Origin: a virus
Taxonomy: Duplodnaviria; Caudoviricetes
DNA: 56,508 nt
Virus record (IMG/VR): IMGVR_UViG_3300042402_005492
Location: 1 to 56,508 of that record
Strand: one strand, 5' to 3'
In this document: one piece after another, positions 46,953 through 55,069 of the stretch
Layout: each line of letters begins with the position of its first letter
Position numbering within the stretch: the first letter of the stretch is position 1
The notes under the pieces: generated by a model
Database searches by the model: none
What the model was told of the DNA's origin: nothing
What the model saw: only the letters and a program-made list of their open reading frames with translations
Program-made: the position numbers and the translations under genes

Positions 46953-47561
46953 ATGAAAAAAACGGTGTTTCTTTTAGGATTTCTATTCATTTCTTTAAGT
47001 GGATTTGCTCAACTTCCTGATGTAAAGGTTAAGAACGAAGTGTTCGAAGTACTTTACTCACAATCGTTGGAGCAACCCATTTGGATTAAATACCGTTCGA
47101 TAAACCGTCCTACTAATGTGAATAGGGGACACATGAATTTTTACAAAGAGAAGGATATACACACTTCGGATGATTTAGATTATAAAGCGAATGTATACGA
47201 TAAAGGACATGGAGCACCTGCGGCAACATTTTCTGATAATGAAGTAAACCTAAAACAAACATTTTCATACCTAAACTCAATAATGCAGGACCAGTACCTT
47301 AATAGAGGTGAGTGGAGATTGTTAGAAGAGCAAGAAAGAAAATGGGATGATATCGAACCATTGACTGTAGTAATAAAAACATTTTATGATAACCCAGTAC
47401 TTAGAGTACCAACTGGAGCGGCAATTCCATCTTATATAGAAAAACATATCTACTTTGAAAAGAGTAAAAGGTGGGAATGTTTTGTATTCCTAAATGAAAG
47501 ACCTAAGTATAAGTGGAGTGAGTTGGGAAAACTTTGTAAGGATGTAGAACACAAATTTTAA
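46953..47561 (+). CDS. Secreted DNA/RNA non-specific endonuclease (NucA/EndoG family)
   Basis: Signal peptide MKKTVFLLGFLFISLSGFA-Q; YDKGH.APAA, TF.Y.N...Q...LNRG.W..LE motifs. Confidence 0.85.
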   Translation: MKKTVFLLGFLFISLSGFAQLPDVKVKNEVFEVLYSQSLEQPIWIKYRSINRPTNVNRGHMNFYKEKDIHTSDDLDYKANVYDKGHGAPAATFSDNEVNLKQTFSYLNSIMQDQYLNRGEWRLLEEQERKWDDIEPLTVVIKTFYDNPVLRVPTGAAIPSYIEKHIYFEKSKRWECFVFLNERPKYKWSELGKLCKDVEHKF

Positions 47562-47566
47562 TAAAT

Positions 47567-49366
47567 ATGACTTTAACTGAATTAATAAAAGAAATACTTT
47601 CTGAGTGGGGATGTAGAGTAGATGATGGGATGCCAAATCCTAAAAATCCACAACACATTGGAGAATTGGTGGAAGTATTAGAGGTTATGGGGTTATCCTC
47701 CATTAAAAACGAATTGATTGCAAATATTTTAGAAGGGGATGATTTTAAAAATCCTGCTCTAAATAAAGTAATCAGTTATAAAAGTGTAAATGGTGAAGAT
47801 GCGGAAGGTAAAGTTGGAAACCTACTAAGAAGACCTTCAGAAGAAGATGCTCACAAACAAGCAGTAGCTGCGTTAGGTGGTGAAGGGAGTGATAACTATA
47901 AAAAAGCAATGAAAGATTTGGGTGGAGAAGGTCAACCTGAAAAGAAAGCTGAGAAAGAAAAGGAAGGAGATGGTGAAGGTGGTGGAGAAAAGGGGGAACC
48001 TCAAACTGGTAATGCTTTAGATCCTAGTACTCCAGCTGGAAAGAAATTTACTGATCAATTATCACCAACCGATCCTGAATACACCGGACCAGATAAAAGT
48101 GAAGACTCTGTTGAGGGAGATAAAACGGCTGATAAAGGAGAAACTAAACAATTATCAGCAGCAACTATAAAAAGTAAACAAAAACAATTAGAGGATGCTA
48201 GAAGGAGAATGGACTCCGGAAATCATAACGATGATACTAAACAGGCGTTTAAGGTGTTTGATGAGAGTATGAACAAATTATTAAATGCTAAAACTGATGA
48301 AGAACGAGTAGAAGCTTTAAGAGTTTTATCAGATAACGGATTTTTAAAAAGAAATGCGAATGGTAAAAAACTTTACATAGATAACTTACCACTTCCAAGT
48401 AAACAAATAACTGGCGATAGTGGTGATGCGTTTGGTTCAATGATAAATAAGTTGGCGGAGGATAACGAAATAGATATTCCATTAAGAGATGAGTCATCCG
48501 ATAGAGCTCTTGCTGATGTGAGTGGTAAGCATAATGAAGCTGGTGTTGCGTATTTGTTAGACCCATCTGAAAAGAACAAAAATGAGTATGATAACTACAA
48601 AGACCAGTATGAAAGTTATGGTGGTGATGAAGAAGCAGCCCACAAACAAAATGAAGCAGCTGTTCAGGCGATAAACGAAGAAATAGGAAGAAGTTTTCCT
48701 GGAGGAAAAGTAAAATCCGCAACTCAAGTAGGTGGTATAGGACCTGAAAAATTAAAAAAATTAGGTATAGATCCTAAAAAAGACCCTACCGATGTTTTGA
48801 TTGAAATTGAAATGCCAGATGGTACTACTAAGTATATGAAAGTTAGTATGAAGGTATATGCAGATCCAAGTAGTATTACTATGAAAAATTCTGGAATGGG
48901 TGATGCTGGCTCTCATTATTTGGGAAGTCCTGAAATTGATAGTCAATTAAAAGCCCTTAGAGAAAAACATAATTATTTAGAACCTGGAATATCACCCGAA
49001 GAAGTAAATACCCGAAAAAGAGCATTTAAAGAAGCGTATTTAACACTATTTTCCGAAAAAATGGTAGAACTTTCAAGCACACCTGAAGGACAAGAAAAAC
49101 TTATGGAAATGTGGAAAGAAGTTCATGGATGTGGAAATGATGTTTATACTTCTGTGACAAATAAGACAACAGGTGAAACAAAAGTACATAAACCGGAACA
49201 CTATTGTGAGCCAGAAATACCATTTAAAGTTGAATATGATGGTGTGAAGGTAGTAATTCGAATGGGTGGTGAAAATGATAGCTCTTTCTTAGAGATAGTA
49301 TGTAAAACTGAGTCAGGCGGTTCTCCAAAAATTTTATTTAATCACAAAAAGAGTAAAAAGAAGTAA
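47567..49366 (+). CDS. Hypothetical, possibly capsid-internal, protein with a C-terminal PD-(D/E)xK-like motif
   Basis: 599 aa, highly charged; N-terminal (I/L)xE motifs; HNEAG ... PTDVLIE ... VSMK. Confidence 0.5.
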   Translation: MTLTELIKEILSEWGCRVDDGMPNPKNPQHIGELVEVLEVMGLSSIKNELIANILEGDDFKNPALNKVISYKSVNGEDAEGKVGNLLRRPSEEDAHKQAVAALGGEGSDNYKKAMKDLGGEGQPEKKAEKEKEGDGEGGGEKGEPQTGNALDPSTPAGKKFTDQLSPTDPEYTGPDKSEDSVEGDKTADKGETKQLSAATIKSKQKQLEDARRRMDSGNHNDDTKQAFKVFDESMNKLLNAKTDEERVEALRVLSDNGFLKRNANGKKLYIDNLPLPSKQITGDSGDAFGSMINKLAEDNEIDIPLRDESSDRALADVSGKHNEAGVAYLLDPSEKNKNEYDNYKDQYESYGGDEEAAHKQNEAAVQAINEEIGRSFPGGKVKSATQVGGIGPEKLKKLGIDPKKDPTDVLIEIEMPDGTTKYMKVSMKVYADPSSITMKNSGMGDAGSHYLGSPEIDSQLKALREKHNYLEPGISPEEVNTRKRAFKEAYLTLFSEKMVELSSTPEGQEKLMEMWKEVHGCGNDVYTSVTNKTTGETKVHKPEHYCEPEIPFKVEYDGVKVVIRMGGENDSSFLEIVCKTESGGSPKILFNHKKSKKK

Positions 49367-49390
49367 TTAATACCTTTCATTTCGTTTTTT

Positions 49391-49399
49391 ATATTTATA
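49391..49399 (+). promoter_or_regulatory. Putative late promoter motif ATATTTATA
   Basis: Intergenic, before ATG 49425. Confidence 0.6.
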
Positions 49400-49424
49400 G
49401 TGGAAAACAAATATAAAGAGTGAT

Positions 49425-49826
49425 ATGAATACACAGTTACTATGTACTTTCACTACAAAAGGTGAAATGGAGTCTACATTACATACGATTAGAGAAAAAT
49501 ACACTATAGTTTATAACTATATATACATACTACAAAACAAGTCCAATTTAGATGAATTATTTGTGACCTATAACATAGATACAAATAATCAACCTGATAA
49601 ACCACTAAATGGTACTATATTAATCCACAGAAAGAAGGAAAGTAATACATTATATACCATTAATGCGTTAAATGAATTAATCAAAGAAGAAAACGGAGGA
49701 AAATTAGATAAATCCTTTGTTTTAGATTGGGATAAGTTCAAAAACTCAATTATCTTAACAAATGTTAGTGGAACAAAAAGGATACAGACTAGAGTATATG
49801 AAGTAATATCTTTTAGTGAAAATTAA
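49425..49826 (+). CDS. Hypothetical phage protein
   Basis: 133 aa; LLCTFT ... TYN ... IHRKKESNTLYTINALN. Confidence 0.7.
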   Translation: MNTQLLCTFTTKGEMESTLHTIREKYTIVYNYIYILQNKSNLDELFVTYNIDTNNQPDKPLNGTILIHRKKESNTLYTINALNELIKEENGGKLDKSFVLDWDKFKNSIILTNVSGTKRIQTRVYEVISFSEN

Positions 49827-49861
49827 ATCGGTTACGGATAAACAAAAAACGAAAAATTGAT

Positions 49862-50695
49862 ATGCTACTTAAAAAAGGTGATAACAACGAAAATGTTAAG
49901 TTAATGCAACAAAAGCTGGGTATTGAACCAGCGGTAACTAATTTTGGACCTAAGACTGAAGAAGCAGTAAAGGCATTCCAAGCAAAAAATGGTCTTCCTG
50001 CTGATGGTGTTGTAGGACCGGCAACTTGGGCAAAGATTATGGGACAGGAAGCACCTAAAGCACAACCATCTGCTCCAATAGTACCAGTAGCGGGATTGAA
50101 ATTGGATAAACTAAAAGGACATATTCCTGATGCGGTAATCCAAATGATACCTGATACGGCTGCTAAGTTCCAAATCAACACTCCATTAAGATTGGCACAC
50201 TTCTTAGCACAATGTGGACACGAAAGTGGTGGATTTAAGGCAACACAAGAAAATCTAAACTATTCTGCTAAAGGATTAAATGGTATCTTCAAAAAGTATT
50301 TCCCAACTGAAGCAGCAGCAACTCCTTATGCAAGACAACCACAAAAGATTGCAAACAAAGTGTACGCAAATCGTATGAGTAATGGTGATGAAGCGAGTGG
50401 TGATGGGTATAAGTTTAGAGGTAGAGGATATATCCAATTGACTGGTAGAGCAAACTATACTTTGTTTGGAAAAGCAATCGGTGAAGATGTAACTGGAAAT
50501 CCAGATGTAGTAAGTGGTAAGTACGCATTACTTTCAGCAGCTTGGTTCTGGTCAAACAACGGATTGAATAAATTAGCAGATGGTGGTTCAACTGATACTG
50601 TAGTAACAACTATTACTAAAAGAGTAAATGGTGGAACTATTGGATTAGCTGACCGTATCAAACACTTTAAGGAGTATTACCATCTATTAGCCTAA
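49862..50695 (+). CDS. Endolysin: peptidoglycan-binding domain plus glycoside hydrolase family 19
   Basis: FGPKT..AVK.FQ...GL..DGVVGP.TW; AHFLAQ..HESG.F...ENLNY; FRGRG.IQLTGR.NY; VNGG..GL.DR. Confidence 0.9.
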   Translation: MLLKKGDNNENVKLMQQKLGIEPAVTNFGPKTEEAVKAFQAKNGLPADGVVGPATWAKIMGQEAPKAQPSAPIVPVAGLKLDKLKGHIPDAVIQMIPDTAAKFQINTPLRLAHFLAQCGHESGGFKATQENLNYSAKGLNGIFKKYFPTEAAATPYARQPQKIANKVYANRMSNGDEASGDGYKFRGRGYIQLTGRANYTLFGKAIGEDVTGNPDVVSGKYALLSAAWFWSNNGLNKLADGGSTDTVVTTITKRVNGGTIGLADRIKHFKEYYHLLA

Positions 50696-50706
50696 GATAT
50701 ATTAGT

Positions 50707-50898
50707 ATGAAAAAGTTTTATAGAAGTGTTAGTGATAAAAAAATATTTGGAGTTTGTTCTGGATTAGCAAGATACACCAACACCGATGTTATTTTATGGA
50801 GATTGGGATTTGTGGCTGGATTATTTACACCACTACCTGTTATCATATTTTACTTTATAACCACTATTGTATCTGAGGGGATAGAATTTACAGATTAA
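50707..50898 (+). CDS. pspC: PspC-domain membrane protein
   Basis: K.YRS..DKKI.GVCSGLA.Y...D....RL.FV followed by a hydrophobic segment. Confidence 0.8.
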   Translation: MKKFYRSVSDKKIFGVCSGLARYTNTDVILWRLGFVAGLFTPLPVIIFYFITTIVSEGIEFTD

Positions 50899-50923
50899 AA
50901 AAAAATAATTAAAAATAATTTAG

Positions 50924-50998
50924 AAAAGACTTGGAAATCCCAAGTCTTTTTTGTATGTTTATACTGTGATAAGAGTTCAACCCCTAAACCCCTCAAAT
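50924..50998 (+). promoter_or_regulatory. Composite terminator hairpin / Bacteroidota-type early promoter / AACCCCTAAA leader (copy 1)
   Basis: AAAAGACTTGG-AAATC-CCAAGTCTTTT; CTTG-20-TATGTTTA; AGAGTTCAACCCCTAAA. Confidence 0.75.
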
Positions 50999-51262
50999 AT
51001 GAACACAGTAAGATTTAACCGCCACGAATTATTCACCGCTGAATGGATGGATTACCACACCATCACCCTCCGAATGGTAGAAGATTTCCACCTCAATCAA
51101 AACGAAAGTTGGTACACCCCCCTATATAATATGTTATGTGGTGTGTGGGATGGATACCTTTACACCGAAATGTTGGAAACGGGTAAGCAAATGGGATTAC
51201 CTACCTACATTCTTCAACGAATTGCAAACACAATTCAATTTATTGGAACTAGCGCAAAATAA
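50999..51262 (+). CDS. Early hypothetical protein (87 aa; start revised from 50951)
   Basis: The TTG at 50951 lies inside the promoter; the ATG at 50999 follows the leader. Confidence 0.65.
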   Translation: MNTVRFNRHELFTAEWMDYHTITLRMVEDFHLNQNESWYTPLYNMLCGVWDGYLYTEMLETGKQMGLPTYILQRIANTIQFIGTSAK

Positions 51263-51265
51263 TTA

Positions 51266-51345
51266 AAAAAAGACTTGGATATACGAAATCTTTTTTGTAT
51301 GTTTGTAAAGTAATGAGAGTTCAACCCCTAAATCCGTTAAATGTT
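51266..51345 (+). promoter_or_regulatory. Composite early promoter / leader (copy 2)
   Basis: CTTG (51274) - 20 - TATGTTTG (51298); GAGAGTTCAACCCCTAAA; hairpin degenerate. Confidence 0.75.
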
Positions 51346-51519
51346 ATGAGTTCTACTGAAAGAGTATCCAGATTTTTTGAGTTGCAGGAAATGATTAATT
51401 TCCAAATTGATTTGACTGGCGAGGCTAGTCTTGAAATGGCAGACGAATTAGAAGAGATTTCCAACTCTTTAAATTCAGATGAAATTGAATATATATTTGA
51501 AATGTTTTCTAATAACTAA
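51346..51519 (+). CDS. Early acidic hypothetical protein (57 aa; start revised from 51295)
   Basis: MSSTERVSRFFELQE...; the upstream extension translates the promoter/leader repeat. Confidence 0.6.
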   Translation: MSSTERVSRFFELQEMINFQIDLTGEASLEMADELEEISNSLNSDEIEYIFEMFSNN

Positions 51520-51530
51520 CCCCCTTAGAT

Positions 51531-51857
51531 ATGAATAAGTTAGAAGTAACCTCCGAATTGATTGGTAAATATATCAACCAAGTCCTTTATACTGATGTGA
51601 ATCCTGTTGGTAAAATCATCGGTATCAAAGGTAAAACAAAAGTTCTCATTCAGCCTATAATGGCCGGTCCCAATAAAGCTAAGATGGAATACATTCCTGG
51701 TGGATTTGCTGGACATTGTTACAACCAATCCGAACAAGAGTATGATTTTGTTGAGGTAGGTGAGCCATTCGAAGCTCCAATATCCAATTCATCCCTAAGA
51801 GGTAGAATGTGGAGAATAGGTGAAACACCGCGAAAGTATTATGATTACAACTTCTAA
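51531..51857 (+). CDS. Early hypothetical protein
   Basis: 108 aa; YTDV.P ... PGGFAGHC.NQ..Q.Y ... PRKYYDYNF. Confidence 0.7.
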   Translation: MNKLEVTSELIGKYINQVLYTDVNPVGKIIGIKGKTKVLIQPIMAGPNKAKMEYIPGGFAGHCYNQSEQEYDFVEVGEPFEAPISNSSLRGRMWRIGETPRKYYDYNF

Positions 51858-51881
51858 AATATATAAAACCCCTAAAAACTT

Positions 51882-52133
51882 ATGGACATAGTAAATCAAT
51901 ATCAAAAAGCAGCAGAGGAATTTGCATTAGAATATGATGTAACCAATCCTCACATTATCCGAATTATTGCATCAGTAATGATGACAAGAGATGGTAAAGG
52001 ATTGCAAGGTGGGAGTTTCGTTCAATCGGTAGTAGATAACGATTTGTTCGGAGCAATCTCAAAAGCAGATAATGAGTGTTATAATCACTTAAAAGTAATA
52101 GTAGCAGCAAATCAGTATTCGTATCTAAACTAA
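51882..52133 (+). CDS. Early hypothetical protein
   Basis: 83 aa; GGSFVQSVVDNDL.GAI..AD; preceded by AAAACCCCTAAAA. Confidence 0.7.
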   Translation: MDIVNQYQKAAEEFALEYDVTNPHIIRIIASVMMTRDGKGLQGGSFVQSVVDNDLFGAISKADNECYNHLKVIVAANQYSYLN

Positions 52134-52139
52134 TAAAAA

Positions 52140-52322
52140 ATGAAAATGTTAAAAAAGTTCAGTATAAGTGAAATTCTTATCCTAGTAGTATGTGTAGTGT
52201 GTATTTTTGTAAGTGAATACATCTATTTGGTTCAAGGTGACCCATTTAAGGCAATCTTTATTGGATTGTGGCCTCCAACAATTTTGGGTTTGCTTAATTT
52301 TGTAAATATAAAACGAAGATAA
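52140..52322 (+). CDS. Small two-helix membrane protein
   Basis: 60 aa; two hydrophobic segments; AIFIGLWPPT. Confidence 0.6.
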   Translation: MKMLKKFSISEILILVVCVVCIFVSEYIYLVQGDPFKAIFIGLWPPTILGLLNFVNIKRR

Positions 52323-52323
52323 A

Positions 52324-52695
52324 ATGGAAAATTTAGAGATTATAATTCTAACAACTATTGTATCCATATTATTTGTGGTTTTTTTCGTACTGATGTATAA
52401 AGAATTCTCAAAAATGGAAAAGGAAGAGTATACCTATAACCCTAATGTGAAACGATATGGTAGAGATGGTATTTACAATTTGTTGGAAAGATTATTTGAT
52501 GATGAAACGAAATCTAAATCTCAAAAGGCAAAATTGTTTAAGACAATCGATAGAACTATCGCAGATATGGAAAGTGATGGAATGTATTTTTCCGAAGATA
52601 TAAAGGAAAAGTTGGAAAAGGAAAGAGAAGAGTTGTTTTGCGAGTATAGTGGATTACCATCTCCCAAAGCATACGAAAGAGATGATCAACTATAA
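52324..52695 (+). CDS. Hypothetical protein with an N-terminal membrane anchor
   Basis: 123 aa; C-terminal CEYSGLPSP.AY. Confidence 0.65.
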   Translation: MENLEIIILTTIVSILFVVFFVLMYKEFSKMEKEEYTYNPNVKRYGRDGIYNLLERLFDDETKSKSQKAKLFKTIDRTIADMESDGMYFSEDIKEKLEKEREELFCEYSGLPSPKAYERDDQL

Positions 52696-52707
52696 AACGG
52701 ATACCAA

Positions 52708-52938
52708 ATGGAATTTTTAACAGATATTGGAGTTGTGACATTAGAAACTGCTAAGCAGTTAAAAAGTGATGGATTTGATACTCCTACAAACTTTTACTTT
52801 GTGGACGAAAAATCAACTGAAAGTGATAGTGGTAAGTATTTACTACGGTGTGGAAAGGGTAGAGATAACCACAATCGAAAAGGTAGAGAGTTTTATTCAG
52901 CTCCATCTAGTGTAGAATTAGAAAGATGGAAAAAATAA
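52708..52938 (+). CDS. Hypothetical protein
   Basis: 76 aa; V.LETAK.LK..GFD ... SAP motif. Confidence 0.65.
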   Translation: MEFLTDIGVVTLETAKQLKSDGFDTPTNFYFVDEKSTESDSGKYLLRCGKGRDNHNRKGREFYSAPSSVELERWKK

Positions 52939-52942
52939 AACA

Positions 52943-53024
52943 GAAAAGGCTTGTATTATTCAAGTCTTTTTCGTATGTTTGTAAGGTAGTGAGAGTTAAA
53001 CCCCTAAAACGTTAAAACAAAAAT
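52943..53024 (+). promoter_or_regulatory. Composite terminator / early promoter / leader (copy 3)
   Basis: GAAAAGGCTTG-n7-CAAGTCTTTT; CTTG (52950) - 20 - TATGTTTG (52974); GAGAGTTAAACCCCTAAA. Confidence 0.75.
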
Positions 53025-53597
53025 ATGAAAAATTTTAAAATCGAATACAATGTTAATAATGGTAAACAAATTGAATTAAGAACAATTGATTTATCTAAAG
53101 AGTTAAGTGTAGTTCAATTTGGTAAGCTTGGTTTTAAAAAAGTAGCTGATATGGTTTTAACCGATTCAAATAACATTGGATTGAAAATGATGTATAAAGA
53201 TTATATTTCAACAAAAGAATACAATGAACATTGTCATGGTGTTTATTTAATTGTTATCGATGGTAAAATTGTTAAAATCGGTGGAACTGAAACGGGTTTA
53301 GCAAAAAGATGGGGTTCTTACAATAATGGAACTGATAAAATTAGAAATGGCGCTGCGAACGGTTCTGTGACAAATTATTATGTTGCAACCGCACTTAAAG
53401 CCGCATTAAAAACTGGTCACTCAGTTGAATGGTATTATAAAAAAATGAATTACGAAACTAGAACTTTAAATTTATATGGTATAGAAATTACTGAAAATGT
53501 ATGTGTTGATGGAACATATAAGATGCATGAAAAAACACTATTGGAATTTTATAAAAATAAATCAAATAATTACCCAAAATTATCGGCTAATTCATAA
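53025..53597 (+). CDS. GIY-YIG-like endonuclease
   Basis: GVYLIVIDGKIVKIGGT...L.KRW.SY ... HEK.LL..Y......P..S.N. Confidence 0.6.
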   Translation: MKNFKIEYNVNNGKQIELRTIDLSKELSVVQFGKLGFKKVADMVLTDSNNIGLKMMYKDYISTKEYNEHCHGVYLIVIDGKIVKIGGTETGLAKRWGSYNNGTDKIRNGAANGSVTNYYVATALKAALKTGHSVEWYYKKMNYETRTLNLYGIEITENVCVDGTYKMHEKTLLEFYKNKSNNYPKLSANS

Positions 53598-53605
53598 TTA
53601 TATAT

Positions 53606-54520
53606 ATGATAAAATTTGATGGTATTATTACCAACCCCCCTTATGCTGATTCATCCCATGCTGAACAGAAAAATACATTATGGAGAAAGTGGTTTACATT
53701 TGATAAATTAATTAAAGAGAATGGAGTTTTCGCTGAAATAATTCCATCATCTTGGATGGGTAGTCCGCCTTTGATAAAAGATAATTTTTTAGATGAAAAT
53801 TTAAAAATTTCTAAAAATATAACTCACATAAATTTAGATGAATGTGGTAAATATTTTAAAGGAGTTGGTCAAAAATTTTCTTATTTTGTTTACACTAAAG
53901 ATGAATATAAAAACGAAACAAATTTAGTGGTAAGAAATATTGATGGCAGTATTGAGTCATTTACCGAAAACTTAAATAATGTTATTTTTGATGTATTTCC
54001 AAGAGACTTAAGCCCACTCGCAATATCTATTTTAAATAAAACAATTGTAAATACAAAACCTATTGGTATACTGAATACAACGGTTTGTCATGGAAACAAT
54101 AAACATTTATGGAAACATAATCCTCAAGATGAGTTTATACATGCGGTTGAAAAAACTCCAAATAAAACTATTTTTTATAAAAAACAACATCCGCATCAAG
54201 GTATCCCTAAAATTATAATACCAACAACTACTTATTATAGATCAATGTATTATACTGAAAACGGTACATCTCAAAGTTTTTGTTATTATAATCTTAAAGA
54301 TGGCGAAGAACGAGATATAGTATTAAATAACTTAAATAATAAACTATTTGATTATATCAACGAATGTTTTAGATATTCAAATTGGAATTCTGTAAATCTT
54401 TTAAAAAAATTACCCACATTACCATTAAATATTCAATTAACTGATAGCGAAATATATGAGTTTTTTAACTTAACTGAGGATGAAATTTCACATATAAATA
54501 AAATAATCTTATGGAGATAG
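53606..54520 (+). CDS. Amino-DNA methyltransferase catalytic/target-recognition half (Eco57I/TaqI-like)
   Basis: Begins FDGIITNPPY (motif IV), then IIPSSW; C-terminal IYEFFNLTEDEI; no AdoMet-binding motif I. Confidence 0.75.
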   Translation: MIKFDGIITNPPYADSSHAEQKNTLWRKWFTFDKLIKENGVFAEIIPSSWMGSPPLIKDNFLDENLKISKNITHINLDECGKYFKGVGQKFSYFVYTKDEYKNETNLVVRNIDGSIESFTENLNNVIFDVFPRDLSPLAISILNKTIVNTKPIGILNTTVCHGNNKHLWKHNPQDEFIHAVEKTPNKTIFYKKQHPHQGIPKIIIPTTTYYRSMYYTENGTSQSFCYYNLKDGEERDIVLNNLNNKLFDYINECFRYSNWNSVNLLKKLPTLPLNIQLTDSEIYEFFNLTEDEISHINKIILWR

Positions 54521-54990
54521 CCGTTTATAAAAATTTTGTTCGTTCTTATGGGTATATGAGTGGTATTGCTAGAAATAAATCTCGACAAGACTCTACACAA
54601 GAATACTTTACTTGTCAAGAATTTGTAGAAGAGGTACTAGATAAAGTTGAATACTCAAAAAAAGACATTTTTACAAATGCTGATAATAAACTATTAGATA
54701 ATGCAGCGGGAGATGGGCAATTTTTAACGGAAGTTGTAATTCGTAAAATGGAAAGAAGCCATTGTACCTTAGAACAAGCACTTTCTACAACCTATGGGGT
54801 AGAGTTAATGGAAGATAATGTAAAGTTGTGTAAAGAAAGATTAGCAGGTCCAAATCCAACACAAGAAATTTTGGATATTATTGATAGAAATATAGTATGT
54901 GCAGACGCTTTAACTTATCATTATCGGTTTGATGGCACTCATCCAACAGCTTCACTAACCGAATTAAAAAAAGATGAATTCTTTACTTAA
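54511..54990 (+). CDS. Amino-DNA methyltransferase AdoMet-binding half
   Basis: EYFT (X), LLDNAAGDGQFL (I), YGVELMEDN (II), NIVCADAL (III); no NPPY. Confidence 0.75.
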   Translation: MEIAVYKNFVRSYGYMSGIARNKSRQDSTQEYFTCQEFVEEVLDKVEYSKKDIFTNADNKLLDNAAGDGQFLTEVVIRKMERSHCTLEQALSTTYGVELMEDNVKLCKERLAGPNPTQEILDIIDRNIVCADALTYHYRFDGTHPTASLTELKKDEFFT

Positions 54991-54995
54991 AAACC

Positions 54996-55027
54996 TTTGG
55001 AATTGTGAATTATTTTTAGTATCTTTG
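54996..55027 (+). promoter_or_regulatory. Bacteroidota sigma-A type promoter
   Basis: TTTG (54996) - 20 - TATCTTTG (55020); shares TTTGGAATTGTG with the promoter at 45586. Confidence 0.75.
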
Positions 55028-55060
55028 TATCATTAGTAATCACAAAAATCCAGGTTTTTA

Positions 55061-55069
55061 ATATTTATA
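55061..55069 (+). promoter_or_regulatory. Putative late promoter motif ATATTTATA
   Basis: Second promoter type upstream of the SSB gene. Confidence 0.55.

Noticed and set aside
50979-50997. CCCTAAA resembles a plant or protist telomere repeat
   Set aside because: Only one or two copies per site, always in gene leaders; no tandem array.
50951-51345. Shared N-terminus MYV..V.RVQPLNP.N in two adjacent ORFs
   Set aside because: It is the translation of the repeated promoter/leader DNA; true starts are likely 50999 and 51346.
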